In this document: in pieces, positions 61,845 to 64,000 of the stretch
Numbering within the stretch: position 1 is the first letter of the stretch
How the letters are laid out: the number at the start of each line of letters is the position of its first letter
Assembly: GCF_006345805.1 (NCBI RefSeq)
Contig: NC_042999.1
Coordinates: 162,192,001-162,256,000, forward strand
Direction: 5' to 3'
DNA: 64,000 nucleotides
From: Octopus sinensis
Lineage: Eukaryota
The notes under the pieces: model-generated
What the model was told of the DNA's origin: nothing
What the model saw: only the letters and a program-made list of their open reading frames with translations
Databases searched by the model: none
Position numbers and translations under genes: made by a program

Positions 61845-62730
61845 AAAATGCCATGTACTGACAATTTTAAGGGGTGCATCATGCTTATTATGTTTTTGTT
61901 TCATCAGAACTCCAAACATCTCACACAACTGTTTTTGGACACCTGTAAAAAATTGGAAAAGTCAAGAAAATGGATAGGTTTGGTCCACATCAGCTGAATG
62001 AAATTCAAACAAAACAGATACCTCGAAGTGTGCTCCTTATTGCTTTCTCGGCTGGAAAAAGACCAATTTTGCATCAAATCATTACTTGTAATGAGAAATG
62101 GATACTCTTTGACAACAACAGGAGAACAGGACAGTGATTAGATGCAGGAGAGTCACCTAAACACTACCCAAACCCACCATTGCACCCTAAAAAGTTAGTG
62201 GTCACTGTATGGTGGTCTGTGAAGGCAGTTATTCGTTATTCATTTTTGCAATAAGGAAGAAGGTAGCAGCAACATCGTATTACCAGGAAATCGATTGTAT
62301 GCATGAGAATTTGAAAAATAAGCAACCCAGACTAGTGAATAGAGCTGGCCCAACTTTACTTCACGACAAATACACATCCTCACTCTCCTCAAGCTATGGT
62401 CCAAAAGTTGCACAGCCTGAATTATGAGATGTTGCAACATCCTCCCTATTTCCCTGATATCTCTCATCACTTATTTAAGCCTTTTGAGCTTTTCATAAGC
62501 AATAAAACATTCTTAAATAGAGAAGAGGTAATTGAAGCATTCAGACAGTTTATCACAGCAAAAAATGAATTTTTGTTTTAAAGATGGAATATATGACATA
62601 GAGAAAAGTTGGGTAAAGGTCATAAATGAACCTGGATCATACTTCGATTAAATAAATCAGGTCTCTAACACTTCTGAAACATTTTATTGTTACCTTTCAA
62701 ATAGGACATTTCATGTGAAACAACCAAATA
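61845..62730 (+). mobile_element. Decayed mariner transposase (C-terminal two thirds)
   Basis: PHQL, ITCNEKWILFDN, LHPKKLVVTVWW, LLHD, HPPYFPDI. Confidence 0.88.
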
Positions 62731-63093
62731 ATTAGAATCAGGGTTAGGATTTGTAGTACATTGCAAAACTTCACTGCAAGCATTATTTCTTTTGTTACAT
62801 TTTATTTCATTAAATATTTTCAGTTTTATTATTGATTTCCCAAAATATAACAAGTTGTACTTTTCTTTATGCACATATCAAAAGAAAAACAAGAAAAACG
62901 GCTCATTCAAGACAGCCTTGAAGAGAATGAATGAATCTGATTGGCTAAAATTTCTAAATTCTTTTATTTTTAGTTTTTCAATAGAACGAAAATGTGATTT
63001 TTCATAATGCAAAACATGTGTAGAAAATTGATAAAGAAAGTTCAACCTGTAAGTCAAACAGAAAAGACACTTGAAAAATCATTATCTCAGACA

Positions 63094-63525
63094 TCTCTCT
63101 CTATATAAACGGCAGTTTGTCTGTCTGTGTGTCTGTCAGGTTGTACCCTCACCCTGACCACGGCTTTCAACCGATTCTGATGAAACTTGACACACACATA
63201 GCCCAATGTCATAATTCAAAACTAACGCAGTGAAAATTTTGAAAAGTTCCCCCAGTTCTGAAAAAAATCGATAAATTCGACATGGGGTCGAGAATCTAAG
63301 CTTTTTATATGCAACACATTTTCTGTCTAGGGGACACAACTCGACCATTTTATCGCCCAAAGGGACAGCTAGGAACATCGTATACACAGAAGTATTCGAG
63401 TGAAGAGAAGACATTGCAACCTACACATGTGCCTTCGTTCCCTAGAGGGAAAGGACTAGATCGGGATTAGTCGTTGCCTACTAGGGGCTCTTACATACTC
63501 GGGCAACGCTGGACTATGCTGCTAG
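63094..63525 (+). mobile_element. Non-autonomous Helitron-like element
   Basis: a|TC start; CGGGCAACGCTGG..GCTAG|t end. Confidence 0.72.
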
Positions 63526-63805
63526 TTCAAACATAAACCTGAAAACTTTTCAAGAGTTGAATTTCAAAAATTAAAGAATGGAAAACAACCACCTCCAACA
63601 CACCATACACAAAGTTTTTGACACACAGGACAATTTCCAACTCCAGCCAACAAGAATGTCACATAAAAGATGCAGCAAAATATCTCATTTCACATATCCA
63701 CGACTTTTCATTATCTTTGTATGGTACCACTGTAATTTCCAAGATAGGCTTAGTTCAAAAATTAATAAGCAAATACTTGTTGAACCTAGTGATAATCATA
63801 AGATA

Positions 63806-64000
63806 GGAGGCGCAATGGCCCAGTGGTTAGGGCAGTGGACTTGCGGTCATAGGATCGCGGTTTCGATTCCCAGACCGGGCGTTGTGAATGTTTATTGAGC
63901 GAAAACACCTAAAGCTCCACGAGGCTCCGGCAGGGGATGGTGGTGATCCCTGCTGTACTCTTTCACCACAACTTTCTCTCACTCTTACTTCCTGTTTCTG
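63806..64000 (+). mobile_element. SINE family A, cut by the window end
   Basis: Family match. Confidence 0.9.

Overview
AT-rich, repeat-saturated animal genomic DNA. The SINE families, RTE LINE 3' ends and (TA)n load point to an octopus-type (coleoid cephalopod) genome; this is inference, not a database match. There is no prokaryotic-type content: no CRISPR, rRNA or true tRNA. Most of the window is intron of one minus-strand multi-exon gene that the ORF track largely misses. I reconstructed about 10 exons with GT-AG junctions between 59604 and 17238; their phases chain together except for one gap between 35434 and 29621. I cannot name the protein. The introns hold three tRNA-derived SINE families, decayed RTE/CR1 LINEs, Gypsy and Copia relics, Penelope-like elements, hAT, Tigger, mariner, a piggyBac-type MITE and non-autonomous Helitrons. 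The main points for a second look are: (1) minimal type I hammerhead ribozymes in Penelope-type terminal repeats, some intact and covarying; (2) a 1.69-kb near-perfect palindrome with a hammerhead at each outer end; (3) a 175-bp-arm hairpin about 100 nt from an exon acceptor; (4) a 337-bp exact copy of a hAT subterminus pasted into an old LINE 4.7 kb away; (5) a six-unit tandem amplification inside one LINE 3' UTR. Element boundaries are approximate (tens of bp) unless TSDs or splice sites are quoted.
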